From Microcaecilia unicolor (Eukaryota), in contig NC_044037.1 in assembly GCF_901765095.1 (NCBI RefSeq), forward strand, positions 104,359,279-104,423,278: a stretch of 64,000 nucleotides of DNA. The letters run 5' to 3'. Position 1 is the stretch's first letter. Every line of letters starts with the position of its first letter. Both the position numbers and the translations under genes were made by a program. Shown here piece after piece: positions 11,181 through 22,261 of this stretch. The notes beneath the pieces were generated by a model. It saw only the letters and a program-made list of their open reading frames with translations, had not been told where the DNA came from and did no database searches.

Positions 11181-13158
11181 ATTCACTGAACGGTAAGGGT
11201 TAGGTGCCGAACCTAGTAGATCACTATTTTATAGATACAGAAACACACTGGATCCAAGGCTGAAGGGCTGTTTAGATCTTAGGGCACAACAGTGCCATAA
11301 ACAGACTACGAATGCTGACAGCAGATCAAGCTATAGTCGAGGTGTAGCCAACTGCCAACAAAATGTCCAAAACAAGAAGAATCAGAGGCAGATTTTTTAT
11401 GGAGACTTATTCAAGAACCAGGAAACAGTTTCAGTGATCGACGAAGTGGATAATACATATCAAGCTCGGACAAGGAATTTTGCTCCTCTCTTGCTACCTA
11501 CTAGTAACAGAAGTCCCATATGTGGCCAAACAGACATGTATTGCCTGTTCCCTGCTTGGAACTCCTGCCACCAGCATAGCAGAACGTTCTTTTTCAGTTG
11601 CAGGACAAGCAATTAACGATTGTAGAATGGAACTGAGCTCTGGCTCTGTACAGTAGATGGTTTATTATTTTTACATATGTTTGAAATGATTGTTTCCTCA
11701 CAGTACATGTTAATAAATAATGTTATTCTTGCATATTTAACAAAGTTGTGTCTATTGTTTTGTGTTAAATTTTTAACAATAGGATGCATTTTATGTTTTG
11801 TTTTAATTTACAAGATCTTTTAAATGCAGATTGGGTAGGGATGAGAAAGAAAACTGCGGGGATGGTGAAGGGACAGTACCAATATGATGGGGATGGTGCA
11901 AGGAAAGAAGAGGATTGACTTGGGATAGTGAGGGGACAAGAGAATTGACTGGGGTCGGTTGGGGATGGGGACCAGATTATGTCCCCATGCACACCTCTAC
12001 TGTATACATCCCTGGTGTCTAGGGGGTATGGGGCAGGAACAATCCCTAGTTGCTCCTGCCGGCACCAGGTTCAAAATGATGCTGGTGACCCCTTGTGGAA
12101 GTGCCTTGGTGCTACCATTGTGGTCAAGCTGCCGTAAAAGGACACAACACAAGACTACCACTAGAGGTTGCCAGTGTCATATTGAACCTGGTTCCGGTAG
12201 GGGCAGAAGCGATTAAGGAATGCTCCTACCCCATAGCCCATAAACCCAAGGGATTTATACAGTTAGGCCCAGGGTGGGAGTCTCTGGAGGCAAGAAAGGC
12301 TGTGGCGAGGATGTGATGGGGGAGCTCTTTGCTGGAGGTTGTGATGTAACAGAGGCTATGGGGGGAGGGGAAGAGGGAATTTTTCCATTAGCACTTGGCC
12401 CCTTCAAGATGTCACCCAGGAGCATGAGGATGAGGATTAGTGGCCCAATGCACACAGGCAGTATGAGTAATGCAAGGTTGATCACAACCATTGTTATTCA
12501 TGTACTGTGGGAGTCACTAACTTTCAGTACTGAGCTGCTGCAGGTTATTGACAGGTGACTTAAGGTGCAGTAACTACCCCCCCCCCCCCCAACCACTTTA
12601 TCTCTTCTATATAGCCTTGTCCTCCCTGAATGCCCCTTTTACTCTTCAATTATCTTGTGGTCCAACTGATTGCTTTAAATTGTATGTGAAAAAGTTATTA
12701 TGAGTTTTTGTATTTACAGTAATGTTTGGGGTTTTGTTTTTGTTTTTTTATCTAGCTTATGCTGTTTCTTGTTTTCTTCATTTGGATCTATTTCCCATTT
12801 TTTTAAAAGATGTTCTTTAGGCTATAATAGCCTCTTTCACCTCAACTTTTATCATACCAGCAGTTATTCCACATTTTTCAATCTTTGGAATAGATCTGAT
12901 CAGAGCTGCCAAGACAGTCCTTTTAAATGTCTATACCTGGCAAGTTTATAAATTAGCACCTAGATCTGGGTGCCAGTTTACACAACTGTCCATCACACTT
13001 TTGCAGCTACTCCTTTTTAGAGCTTTTCTAGCCATTTTGTTCATTTTATCTTATTCTCCCTTTTGAAGGGAAACACTATTACATTTCCTTAATAACTGGA
13101 GAGGGTAGACTAAATTTGATCACGTTACGATCACTATTGCCAAGCTGCCCCAACACTC

Positions 13159-13354
13159 TTTTTTTTTTTGTTACATTTGTACCCCACGCTTTCCCACTCA
13201 TGGCAGGCTCAATGCGGCTTACATGGGGCAATGGAGGGTTAAGTGACTTGCCCAGAGTCACGAGGAGCTGCCTGTGCCTGAAGTGGGAATTGAACTCAGT
13301 TCCTCAGTTCCCCAGGACCAAAGTCCACCACCCTAACCACTAGGCCACTCCTCC
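13159..13354 (-). mobile_element. tRNA-derived SINE with a LINE-derived 3' tail and poly-A
   Basis: The sense strand is the minus strand. The head ggagtggcctagtggttagggtggtggactttggtcc...gagttcaattccc carries tRNA-like A and B boxes. The 3' tail ...gtaagccgcattgagcctgccatgagtgggaaagcgtggggtacaaatgtaacaaaaaaa is homologous to the L2-like LINE 3' end. Confidence 0.8.
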
Positions 13355-13480
13355 GCTCTTGCACCAAATCCTGCACTCCACTAAGGAGTAGATCAAGAAT
13401 TGCTCCCCATCTTGCCAGTTCATGAAGCAGTCAACCTTATCTCCCTAACAATTACCCAGTCAATATTGGGTTAACTTAAA

Positions 13481-13511
<31 letters not shown>

Positions 13512-13559
13512 TACTAGTAAAAAAAGGCCCGTTTCTGACACAAATGAAACGGGCGCTAG

Positions 13560-13960
13560 CAAGGTTTTCCTCGGAGTGTGTATGTTTGAGAGAGTGTATG
13601 TGAGAGTGACTGTGTGTAAGAGAGAGAGTGAATGTGCGAGTGTGCGTGAGAGAGAGAGAGTGAGTCTGGGTAGGAGTGTGTCTGTGAGAGAGAGAACGTG
13701 TGTGTGAGAATGGGTGTGTGTGCAAGTGCGTATGTGAGACACAGTGTGAGAGAGTGTGTGTTTCACACAGATACAGTGTGTGCGAGAGAGAGAGTGTGTG
13801 TGAAACACACTCTCTGTGAGACTTAGTGTATGAGACCAAGAGGGTGTGTGAGTGACTGTGTGACACATAGAGAGTAAATGTGATACAGTGTGTGAGAGAG
13901 AGTGTGTAAGAGAGAGAGAGAGAAAGACATTGACTGTGAGAGAGAGAGAGTGTGTGTGTG
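13560..13960. repeat. Complex (GT)n/(GA)n-derived microsatellite (gagagtgtgtg-type)
   Basis: Direct inspection. The histidine/serine/threonine-rich ORFs at 13471-14186 are artefacts. Confidence 0.85.
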
Positions 13961-14251
13961 ACAGAGATACCTCCCCCCCTCCCTTCCTCTCTCTGGTGTC
14001 AGCCCCCCCCCCCCCCCCCCCCTCTGGTGTCTGAGCGTTACTGTGCTGGAAGCTGAGCTCTGGCTGTGCTTCAAGGAACTGACCAATCCTATTTAATAGA
14101 ATGCACCTCCCAACATTCTGAAGCCGAGAAACCTCGTGTGGTTGGTCACTTCTGCTTGTGACGAACCCGGAAGTACGTGATGTCAATTCAGGAGCAGGAA
14201 TGCCTCAACCATGCAGTCAGCTTCAGAATGTTTGAGGTGTGTTTTATTATA

Positions 14252-14253
14252 TA

Positions 14254-14292
<39 letters not shown>
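14252..14292. repeat. (AT)n microsatellite
   Basis: Direct inspection. Confidence 0.9.
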
Positions 14293-14296
<4 letters not shown>

Positions 14297-14585
14297 CAAA
14301 ACTGCTCCAATTTGTGCTATGTGAATTTTTCACCACATTTTAAGATAAAAATGATCTCAGCCAAACAAATCAACAGTACATACAGTGAATAGTGATAGCT
14401 TTAATCACTGGTCAAACCCCCCCCCCCCCCCCCACACACACAATATATTTCAAAACAACTTATGGTACTTCACAAAAACACAAAATTTGATCAGAAAAGT
14501 GATGCCATGTTTTTTTTTTCCTTCAATAGTTTAAAATCAAATAATTAAAATCACATAACCATCATTGCTTAACAAAAAAAACTTT

Positions 14586-14746
14586 GGGGGTCTTTTACTA
14601 AGCTGCTGTAGTGTTTTTAGCCAGCGGTAGAAATCGGCTAGCGGTAAACGCTGAGACACCCATAGGAATATAATAGACGTCTCGGCTTTTACTGCCAGCT
14701 GATTTCTACCACAAGCTAAAGACACTACCGTGGCTTAGTAAAAGAC
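14586..14746. mobile_element. MITE with 18-bp TIRs GGGGGTCTTTTACTAAGC ... GCTTAGTAAAAGACTCCC
   Basis: The TIRs are read directly from the sequence, and the interior carries a gccagcggtagaaatcggctagcggtaaacgc motif. Confidence 0.6.
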
Positions 14747-16009
14747 TCCCTCAGCTTTGGAAGACTTTTTCAGTCAGGCAGGAACAGAGTGTACAATCCA
14801 ATCCTCAACAGGGGTTCCCTATGTTCACTGCAAAGCTGCCTCAGGGGAATTCACCTTCCTGCACATTGCAAGGTTCATACAGCCACAAATTGGAGCAGTT
14901 TTGAAAGACTGTCTTGGTTGTATACTACCCTAGCTCTAGAGGCCGACCAAAACTGCTTTTTTCAGTTTCATCTAAAACCGAAACTGCAACTGAAACTCAT
15001 TCACCTTGTCATGGCCAAAACCGAAACTGAAAACACAAATTTGGTTATGTAAAAACAGTGAGGGCTGCTGGGGATTAGCCTGCAGTCTGACTGCATCCCT
15101 CTGATAAACCCACAGTATCCAAACCAGAATATAGTATAAAATAATGAAAGACTGAGTTTTACCTACAAGAAAAATAGCTTCCACACACATGGATGCAGCT
15201 AATGAAAACTAAAAGCCACATTGCTTTTACATTGGCTGACTTTGCGCCACACTTGGAGTAACAGCTGATATCATAACGCCACAGAGATGCTAATTTCTAA
15301 GGAGATTATTAACCCAAATTTACAGACTTAAATTCCTGCTAAACTTTTGTATCAAAAGCATTTATTTGGCACACTCTATTTACTATACAAACTACTGTGC
15401 AAGATTATAGCTGTATTACTTCCGATTGCAGGACAAAAAAAAAAACAAAAAACAGAATACAGTTCGTGTGTTGGGGGGGGGGGGGGGGGGGGGACATGAA
15501 TAGGGGCAGCTCCTATTTGGCAGAGGAAGGAGGGAGACAACGGGATAAAACAAATTTTTGGCTTTCACCGAAAGTACATGGGTCATTTTTGGGTTAAACC
15601 AAAAACAACTTGGCCAACTGAAACCGGGCAGAAAAGAGATTTTGGGCCAGTTTCGGCACTGTAACCAAAATAGAAATTCAGTTGACCTACCTATTGTTTA
15701 AGAGGTAATTCAAATCACCTATTGTTATTGTTTTAACAGTAATTAGGCAAGATAACTAATTTGGTAGCATTTCATTACCTGTCTGTTCATTTTGGTCAGG
15801 TGTACAACACCACCACTAGTCTCTTCCCCTTCACACACGAAAGTTCTATCCATTAATACTCCACAGTTCAGTTTGCTTTTGTAGAGATTTTATTCCCTGT
15901 TTAAAATACATGCTCTTTAACATAAGGTAGACCAATTTGGTGGAGTGGGGGGCACTATCCTCACTGAAGACATAAAGCACTTTTTGCCCCACAGCTCCCC
16001 TTTGCTTAC

Positions 16010-16135
16010 CTCATCCTTCTCTTCCAAGTACTCCAGGGCCTTCAGCACTAACCCTTCCTCCTCCGATAGGATGTACACATTCTGGATCCCATTCTCCAGG
16101 CTCTCCCCAGGCTGCAGGAAAAAGGATTTCTCTCC
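16010..16135 (-). CDS. MVP: MVP exon: [42 protein letters not shown]
   Basis: Not in the ORF track because it is short, but translating the reverse complement gives a clean match to human [44 protein letters not shown]. Acceptor cttctgcAG|GGAGAG, donor GATGAG|GTAAGC. Confidence 0.8.
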
Positions 16136-16486
16136 CTGCAGAAGAACACAACAGTGGTTAAAGTCCTCTGCATACTCATTCCTGCTAAACCAAACAGACC
16201 CCGCCCCTCTTAATGCATTTTAAGTTGCTAAAAAAAAAGATCAGATTGAAAACCGAGTCTGTGGAGCTCAATATGCGTCAATGCTAGAATCTGTTCAGAT
16301 AAGACAGGGTAGGAAGAAAGGGAGAGGTGTTGGTATTATATGTTAAAGATAATATTAAAGCCACATAACTGCAGGAACTATAGGGTAAGGAAGAGGCACT
16401 ATGGGTCAATCTGGAAAGAGGAAATGGAAAATGTATTTACACTGGTGTGATATACAGGCCTCCTTCACAAACAGAAGAAAGGTAAA

Positions 16487-16645
16487 ATTATGTATCATAC
16501 CTGATAATTTTCTTTCCATTAATCATAGCTGATCAATCCATAGACTGGTGGGTTGTGTCCATCTACCAGCAGGTGGAGATAGAGAGCAAACTTTTGCCTC
16601 CCTATATGTGGTCATGTGCTGCCGGAAACTCCTCAGTATGTCAAT
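16487..16645. repeat. DIRS-like element terminal inverted repeat (3' ITR of the minus-strand element)
   Basis: It is the reverse complement of 21903-22066. Confidence 0.8.
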
Positions 16646-17139
16646 ATCAAAGCTCCATCCGCAGGACTCAGCACTTAGAGAATTACACCCACGAAGGGAC
16701 ACTCTGCCCAGCTCACCACCGCCGAAACGGGGGAGGGGAATTAACCCAGCTCATCCCCACACAAGTGGGGGAGGGGAATCTGTCCAGCTCATCCCCGCGG
16801 AGCGGGGGAGGGACACCACACCCGCCGATGCGGGGGGATCTGGCTTATCCTGCAACCGCAACCGCGGGAGGAGCTGACTGACCCTAACACCGCCGAAGCG
16901 GGAGGGGTACAAAGCTGCCCTACAGCCGCACGAAGCGGGAGGGAGTGCCGGCAGAATTTAAATCTCAATCCGGCCCCGTAAAACGGAGGGGAGAGGAATG
17001 CAGCAGCTCACTGTAACACAAACTCGTCTCAACTCTTGAAGAATCCAAGTGAAAGAAGAACTTGAACACGAAGTCCTCCTGAAGTAACTGAAGGCTAAAC
17101 TTGAACCTAAAATTCAACCAGAATATAAACAGTACAGAT

Positions 17140-17250
17140 ATCTGGGAGGGGCTATGGATTGATCAGCTATGATTAATGGAAAGAAAATTATCAGGTATGA
17201 TACATAATTTTACCTTCCATATCATCAAGCTGATCAATCCATAGACTGGT
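17140..17250. repeat. DIRS internal complementary region (ICR)
   Basis: 17140-17206 is the reverse complement of 16487-16553, and 17207-17250 is the reverse complement of about 22020-22063. Confidence 0.7.
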
Positions 17251-17504
17251 GGGATGTACCGAAGCAGTACTCACCCAGGGCGGGACATAGAAATCCCTGA
17301 CCGCAACACTGAAGCTCCAAACCGGGCCTCCGCCCGAGCAGCCACAGTCAAGCGGTAATGCCTGGCAAAGGTATGGGCCTTCCCTGCGGCCACCTAAGCC
17401 GCTGCAATGGCTTCCTTGCCCATCTTGCCACTGTAGGCTTAGAATCCTGCAGACCCTTACGAGGACCTGTAAACAGGACAAACAGATGATCCGATTTCCG
17501 GAAA

Positions 17505-19868
17505 TCATTGGTCACTTCCAAGTATCTGATGATGACTCGTCTCACATCCAGAAATTGAGAGCAGAGTATTCCTCTGGGTAGACCTCCCTACGAAAGGAAG
17601 GGAGACTGCTTTCAACGTCAGGTCTTTCAGAGATGCCCTCGACAAGGGTTCAAAAGGCGGCTTCTGCAATGCTCTTAGCACCAGGTTGAGATTCCACGCA
17701 GGCACCACTGAGTGCAGAGGAGGGCGCAGGTGATTAACTCCCTTGAGAAAGCGCACCACATCTGGCTGCGAAGCCAGGGAAGCACCCTTCAGGCGGCCCC
17801 TGAAGCAAGCCAGAGCCGCTACCTGAACTTTCAGGGAACTGAGCGACAGGCCTTTGTCCAGACCTTCTTGCAGGAACGCCAACACTGAAGAAATTGGAGC
17901 AGTGAAGGGAGAAAGTGAGCCTGCTTCACACCACGCTGCAAAGATACGCCAAAGCCTGGCGTAAGCCGTAGAAGTAGAGCGCTTCCTCGCTCTCAGCATA
18001 GTGGCGATGACCTTGTCTGAGAAGCCCTTCTTTCTCAGACGCTGCCGCTCAATAGCCAGGCCGGAAGACCAAAGGGGGAGGGATCCTCCATCACCACAGG
18101 ACCCTGATGTAACAGGCTCCACTGGCAGCCGCAGAGGATCGCCGACTGAGAGCCTGATCAAGTCCGCATACCAGGGACGTCTGGGCCAATCCGGACCCAC
18201 CAGGATTACCCTGCCGGGATGCTTTGCCACCCGGTCTAGCACCCTGCCCAACATGGGCCAGGGCGGGAACACATAGAGAAGCTCTTGTGTCGGCCACCGT
18301 TGGAGAAGAGCATCTACTCCCAGGGATCGAGGGTCCCGTCCTCTGCTGAAAAAGCGCGGCACTTGGCAATTGGCCGATGACGCCATAAGATCTAGGCTCG
18401 GCTGGCCCCAGCGCTTCGTGATGCCCAAGAACGCCTGAGCAGATAGCTGCCACTCTCCGGGCTCCAAGGTATGGCGACTGAGAAAGTCCGCCTTGACATT
18501 CATGACTCCGGCAATGTGGGCCGCTGACAGCTGTTCCAGGTTCGCTTCCGCCCACCAGCATAGATTCATGGCCTCCTTGGCTAGAGGGGCGCTCTTGGTA
18601 CCTCCCTGGCGGTTGACATAGGCCACAGCCGTGGCATTGTCTGACAGGACCCGTACAGGCTTCAACACCAGTACCGGGATGAACTCCAACAACACCAACC
18701 GAATGGCTCTGAGTTCCAGGAGGTTGATAGACCACTTGCCTCTGCAGGAGACCAGAGCCCCTGCGCTGTCCTTCCCAAGCAGTGAGCTCCCCAGCCCATC
18801 AAAGAGGCGTCTGTCGTGACGACAATCCACTCCGGGGTCACCAGAGGCATTCCTGCAGACAACTTGTCTGTCTGCGTCCACCAGCTCAGCGCCTTGCGCA
18901 CTGCTGGGTCCAAGGGAAGGCGCACAGCATAATCCTCCGACATCGGAGTCCAGCGCAGCAGCAGAGATTGTTGTAGTGGTCTCATATGAGCCCTGGCCCA
19001 GGGCACTACTTCCATCGTGGCCGTCATAGAGCCCAACAGCTGCACGTAGTCCCAAGCCCGAATAGGAGAGGCTACTAGGAACTAGTCCACCTGAGCCTGA
19101 AACTTGACAATCCGATTGTCTGGCAGGAACACTCTGCCCACTTGGGTGTCGAATCGAACTCCCAGATACTCCAGGGACTGAGTCGGGCGCAGCTGGCTTT
19201 ACTCCCAGTTGATGATCCACCCCAGGGAGCTCAAAAGAGCAACCACCCGGTTCACAGCTTTGCCGCACTCTGCATAAGAGGGGGCTTGGATCAACCAGTC
19301 GTCCAGATAAGGATGGACTTGAACTCCTTCCTTCCTCAGGAAGGCCGCGAAGACCACCATTACTTTGGAGAAGGTCCGCGGAGCAGTAGCCAACCCGAAC
19401 GGGAGGGCTCTGAACTGGAAGTGTCGGCCCATTACTGCAAAACGCAGAAAGCGTTGATGAGGAGGCCAGATGGGAATATGCAAGTACGCTTCCTTGATGT
19501 CCAAGGATGCCAGGAACTCTCCTGCCTTCACTGCCACTATAACAGAGCGGAGGGTCTCCATGCGAAAGTGCCGAACTTTCAAGGCCCAATTGACCCCTTT
19601 GAGGTCGAGGATAGGCCGTACAGAACCTCCTTTCTTTGGTATCACAAAGAAAAAGGAGTAACATCCCTTGCCAAGCTGATTTTCTGGCACCGGAACGACC
19701 GTCCCCAGGCGGATCAGATTGTTCAAGGTCTGCTGCACTACCACAGCTTTGACCGGAGACTTGCAGGGAGAGAGTACAAACCCGTCTTTTAAGGGTCGGC
19801 AGAACTCTAGCTTGTAGCCGTCTCTGATGACTTCCAGCGCCCAAGCGTCTGAAGTTATTGTGGTCCAC
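17505..19868 (-). CDS. DIRS-like RNase H, DIRS-specific conserved region and YR N-terminal domain. Real coding starts near 19200 after a -1/+1 frame change from the RT ORF; 19200-19868 of this ORF is out-of-frame overlap
   Basis: Shows LLELRAIRLVL...NVKADFLSR (RNase H), LLYVFPPW...RVILVGPDWPRRPWYADL, and GFSDKVIATMLRARKRSTSTAYARLWRIFAAWCE...VPAWNLNLVLRAL (YR core-binding domain). The ORF stops before the catalytic RHRY region, and only ~270 nt remain before the ICR. Confidence 0.75.
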   Translation of the reverse strand: MDHNNFRRLGAGSHQRRLQARVLPTLKRRVCTLSLQVSGQSCGSAADLEQSDPPGDGRSGARKSAWQGMLLLFLCDTKERRFCTAYPRPQRGQLGLESSALSHGDPPLCYSGSEGRRVPGILGHQGSVLAYSHLASSSTLSAFCSNGPTLPVQSPPVRVGYCSADLLQSNGGLRGLPEEGRSSSPSLSGRLVDPSPLLCRVRQSCEPGGCSFELPGVDHQLGVKPAAPDSVPGVSGSSIRHPSGQSVPARQSDCQVSGSGGLVPSSLSYSGLGLRAAVGLYDGHDGSSALGQGSYETTTTISAAALDSDVGGLCCAPSLGPSSAQGAELVDADRQVVCRNASGDPGVDCRHDRRLFDGLGSSLLGKDSAGALVSCRGKWSINLLELRAIRLVLLEFIPVLVLKPVRVLSDNATAVAYVNRQGGTKSAPLAKEAMNLCWWAEANLEQLSAAHIAGVMNVKADFLSRHTLEPGEWQLSAQAFLGITKRWGQPSLDLMASSANCQVPRFFSRGRDPRSLGVDALLQRWPTQELLYVFPPWPMLGRVLDRVAKHPGRVILVGPDWPRRPWYADLIRLSVGDPLRLPVEPVTSGSCGDGGSLPLWSSGLAIERQRLRKKGFSDKVIATMLRARKRSTSTAYARLWRIFAAWCEAGSLSPFTAPISSVLAFLQEGLDKGLSLSSLKVQVAALACFRGRLKGASLASQPDVVRFLKGVNHLRPPLHSVVPAWNLNLVLRALQKPPFEPLSRASLKDLTLKAVSLPFVGRSTQRNTLLSISGCETSHHQILGSDQ

Positions 19869-19969
19869 TCGCCCATAAACGAGGACAGCCGTCCTCCAAT
19901 CTGCACTGGGGCGTGGACCAAGGCCCCGTCATTGGGTACAAGACCCTGGGGGAGGACCGGAGGGAGCAC
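19199..19969 (-). CDS. DIRS-like reverse transcriptase domain
   Basis: Carries RT motifs (FFFVIPKKGGSVRPILDLKGVN, FLASLDIKEAYLHIPI, FRALPFGLATAPRTFSKVM, YLDDWLI). Confidence 0.85.
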   Translation of the reverse strand: MLPPVLPQGLVPNDGALVHAPVQIGGRLSSFMGEWTTITSDAWALEVIRDGYKLEFCRPLKDGFVLSPCKSPVKAVVVQQTLNNLIRLGTVVPVPENQLGKGCYSFFFVIPKKGGSVRPILDLKGVNWALKVRHFRMETLRSVIVAVKAGEFLASLDIKEAYLHIPIWPPHQRFLRFAVMGRHFQFRALPFGLATAPRTFSKVMVVFAAFLRKEGVQVHPYLDDWLIQAPSYAECGKAVNRVVALLSSLGWIINWE

Positions 19970-21596
19970 CTCCGGGACGGCGGTCTCTGCGAAAGGAATA
20001 CTGCTTGGGGCAGAAGTTCCTCTTGAAGGAAGAGGGGGCAGAGGAGCCCGACCTGCCCGGGCGGTACCGACGGGCTTCCTGAAACCGTCCTCTGGAGGTA
20101 CCAGGGCGAGTACTAGCCCGAGCCCTGACCTCTGGTAACTTCTTGCCCTTAGACGTGCCGAGATCGGTCACGATTTTGTCCAGCTCGACCCCAAAGAGCA
20201 GCTTGCCTTTAAAAGGCAATCTAGCCAGGCGGGATTTAGAGGCGTGGTCAGCAGACCAATGTTTCAGCCAAAGCCACTGCCGCGCAGAGATTGTCTGAGC
20301 CATGCCTTTCGCTGAGGCCCTCAAGACATCATACAGCAAGTCTGCCAAATAGGCTAAGCCCGATTCCAGGGCCGGCCAATCAGCCCTCAAGGAAAGATCC
20401 GAGGGGAAAGCCCGCTGCACCATAGTCAGGCACGCCCTGGCCACATAGGAGCCGCAAATTGAGGCCTGCAAACTTAAAGCAGCTGCCTCAAAGGACGACC
20501 TTAAGGCCGCCTCCAATCTTCTGTCTTGGGCGTCCTTTAGGGCCGTGCCACCTTCCACCGGCAACACCGTTTTCTTAGTCACCGCAGTGATTAAAGAATC
20601 CACGGTAGGCCACAGATAGGCCTCACGTTCACTTTCAGTCAAAGGATAGAGGCGGGACATAGCCCTAGCCACTTCAAGGCTCGCTTCCGGGACATCCCAT
20701 TGAGCCGCAATTAAGGTGTGCATGGCATCATGCACGTGGAAGTTTCTAGGCGGGCGCTTCGTCCCCAGCATAATGGCAGAGCCAACAGGGGCTGAGGGAG
20801 AGACGTCCTCCGGAGAGGAAATCTTCAAAGTGTCCATGGCCTGTACCAACAGGTTGGACAAATCCTCTGAGCTAAAAAGCCGCGCTGCAGAGGGGTCATC
20901 CGCTCCATCCGAGCGGGGATCCGTCTCCTCCAAGGAATCCGCAAAGGACCGTTGGGAGACCTCAGATACGCTGCCCTCATCTACATCAGAGGAGACAAAG
21001 TCCTCCAAGGCCTGGGAATCAACCCGAGGGCGTTTACCTCTGGGAACCTCAACCTCTTTACCAGACGAGGGAGCAGGGGCAGCGTTTTGCATAAGGAAGG
21101 CCTGATGCAGCAGCAAAACAAACTCGGGGGAGAAACCCCCCAGACTGTGTACTTCCGCAGCCTGGGCAACAGCCCTAGACGCACCCTCAACCAGCGCTCG
21201 CAAGAGCGGGGGAGAGACATGCTGCGCATCCAAAATGGCGTCCGGCGCGACACTCCGCGAAGGAGCCGCGCGGGAAGAACGGCGCTTAACTTTAGCCGCT
21301 TTTGTGCCGTCGCCCAAATTAAGGGCGTTCATGGCATTAATGTCTCCAACCTCAAGGGCGGCCCAAGAAGAAGCCGTCCGAGCCGCGTGGCCGGCCAAGA
21401 TGGCGGAGGCGAGGAGCGGGGGATGGGCGTTTATGGCGGGAAAAACCACCACGCCGGAGGAAGGACCGGGACATTCATCGGTCACGAAACTGTCACCCAA
21501 CAAGGGCGAATCAGGCTTTAAGACCCCCGCATCCCCTCTAGAAGCGCTCAAGCGATCCGGGTAGCGACTCTTTGCGCCCTCGCCCTCCGACGCCAT
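19929..21596 (-). CDS. DIRS-like ORF1 (gag-like), 555 aa, intact
   Basis: It is the first ORF of the element, and a paralogous fragment lies at 1109-1327. Confidence 0.6.
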   Translation of the reverse strand: MASEGEGAKSRYPDRLSASRGDAGVLKPDSPLLGDSFVTDECPGPSSGVVVFPAINAHPPLLASAILAGHAARTASSWAALEVGDINAMNALNLGDGTKAAKVKRRSSRAAPSRSVAPDAILDAQHVSPPLLRALVEGASRAVAQAAEVHSLGGFSPEFVLLLHQAFLMQNAAPAPSSGKEVEVPRGKRPRVDSQALEDFVSSDVDEGSVSEVSQRSFADSLEETDPRSDGADDPSAARLFSSEDLSNLLVQAMDTLKISSPEDVSPSAPVGSAIMLGTKRPPRNFHVHDAMHTLIAAQWDVPEASLEVARAMSRLYPLTESEREAYLWPTVDSLITAVTKKTVLPVEGGTALKDAQDRRLEAALRSSFEAAALSLQASICGSYVARACLTMVQRAFPSDLSLRADWPALESGLAYLADLLYDVLRASAKGMAQTISARQWLWLKHWSADHASKSRLARLPFKGKLLFGVELDKIVTDLGTSKGKKLPEVRARASTRPGTSRGRFQEARRYRPGRSGSSAPSSFKRNFCPKQYSFRRDRRPGGAPSGPPPGSCTQ

Positions 21597-21902
21597 ATGC
21601 CACGAGGAGAAGAATCGGGGAACCCCCTGCCCGCTATAAAAAGGTAAAAATTACCTGCTTGCCGCTCCGAGCTGTAACGACCTGGTGTCCCAGTGAGTAG
21701 CTGCAATAAACGTTTAAATAAACGTCAAAATAAACGCCTTTAAGGACGTTCAAAATTTTTTTTTTTTTAACGGAGCCAGCGGGAGGGGGGAGAAAAGGAG
21801 GGACCTGGCACCACCAGGTTTGCACTTGCTCAAAAGAGCCCTCAACCCCAGGCACTCAACAAAACCTAAGAATTAGGCTTGGAGGCGTAGCCAGAGCTGC
21901 TG

Positions 21903-22066
21903 CTGTGTGTGACCACCACCTGCTGAGATAGAGAACATACTGGGGAGTTTCCGGCAGCACATGACCACATATAGGGAGGCAAAAGTTTGCTCTCTATCTC
22001 CACCTGCTGGTAGATGGACACAACCCACCAGTCTATGGATTGATCAGCTTGATGATATGGAATGGA
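21903..22066. repeat. DIRS-like element terminal inverted repeat (5' ITR)
   Basis: It is the reverse complement of 16487-16645. A solo homolog lies at 2560-2700. Confidence 0.8.
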
Positions 22067-22261
22067 CAGATTTAACTGAAGACATTCAAAATACATTTAG
22101 GATATTGTGTACAATTCTGGAGACCACACCTTCAAAAAGATATAAACAGGATGGAGTCAGTCCGGAGGGTGGCTACTAAAATGGTCGGTAGTGTTTGTAT
22201 AGGGATATACTTAAATACCTCAATATGTATGCTTTGAAAGAAAGGAGGGAGAAGGGAGATA

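Larger units (their letters stand above)
16487..22066 (-). mobile_element. DIRS-like tyrosine-recombinase retrotransposon with inverted terminal repeats and an internal complementary region, inserted in an MVP intron
   Basis: Encodes gag, RT, RNase H (MNVKADFLSR) and a YR N-terminal domain. Sequence 16487-16645 is the reverse complement of 21903-22066 (ITRs). Sequence 17140-17250 is complementary to both ITR ends (ICR), which is the DIRS1 hallmark. Confidence 0.8.

Noticed and set aside
13159-13354. tRNA gene call from the A/B-box-like sequence ggcctagtggttagggt...gagttcaattccc
   Set aside because: The sequence is embedded in a repeated SINE (3 copies) with a LINE-derived tail and poly-A. 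It is not a stand-alone tRNA with an acceptor stem.
13471-14186. 236-aa and 131-aa ORFs with H/S/T-rich repeats
   Set aside because: They are artefacts of the complex (GT)/(GA) microsatellite.
19200-19868. N-terminal 220 aa of the 787-aa ORF
   Set aside because: It overlaps the RT ORF in another frame. The real RNase H/YR reading frame begins near 19200. The upstream part is spurious and begins at an alternative start codon.
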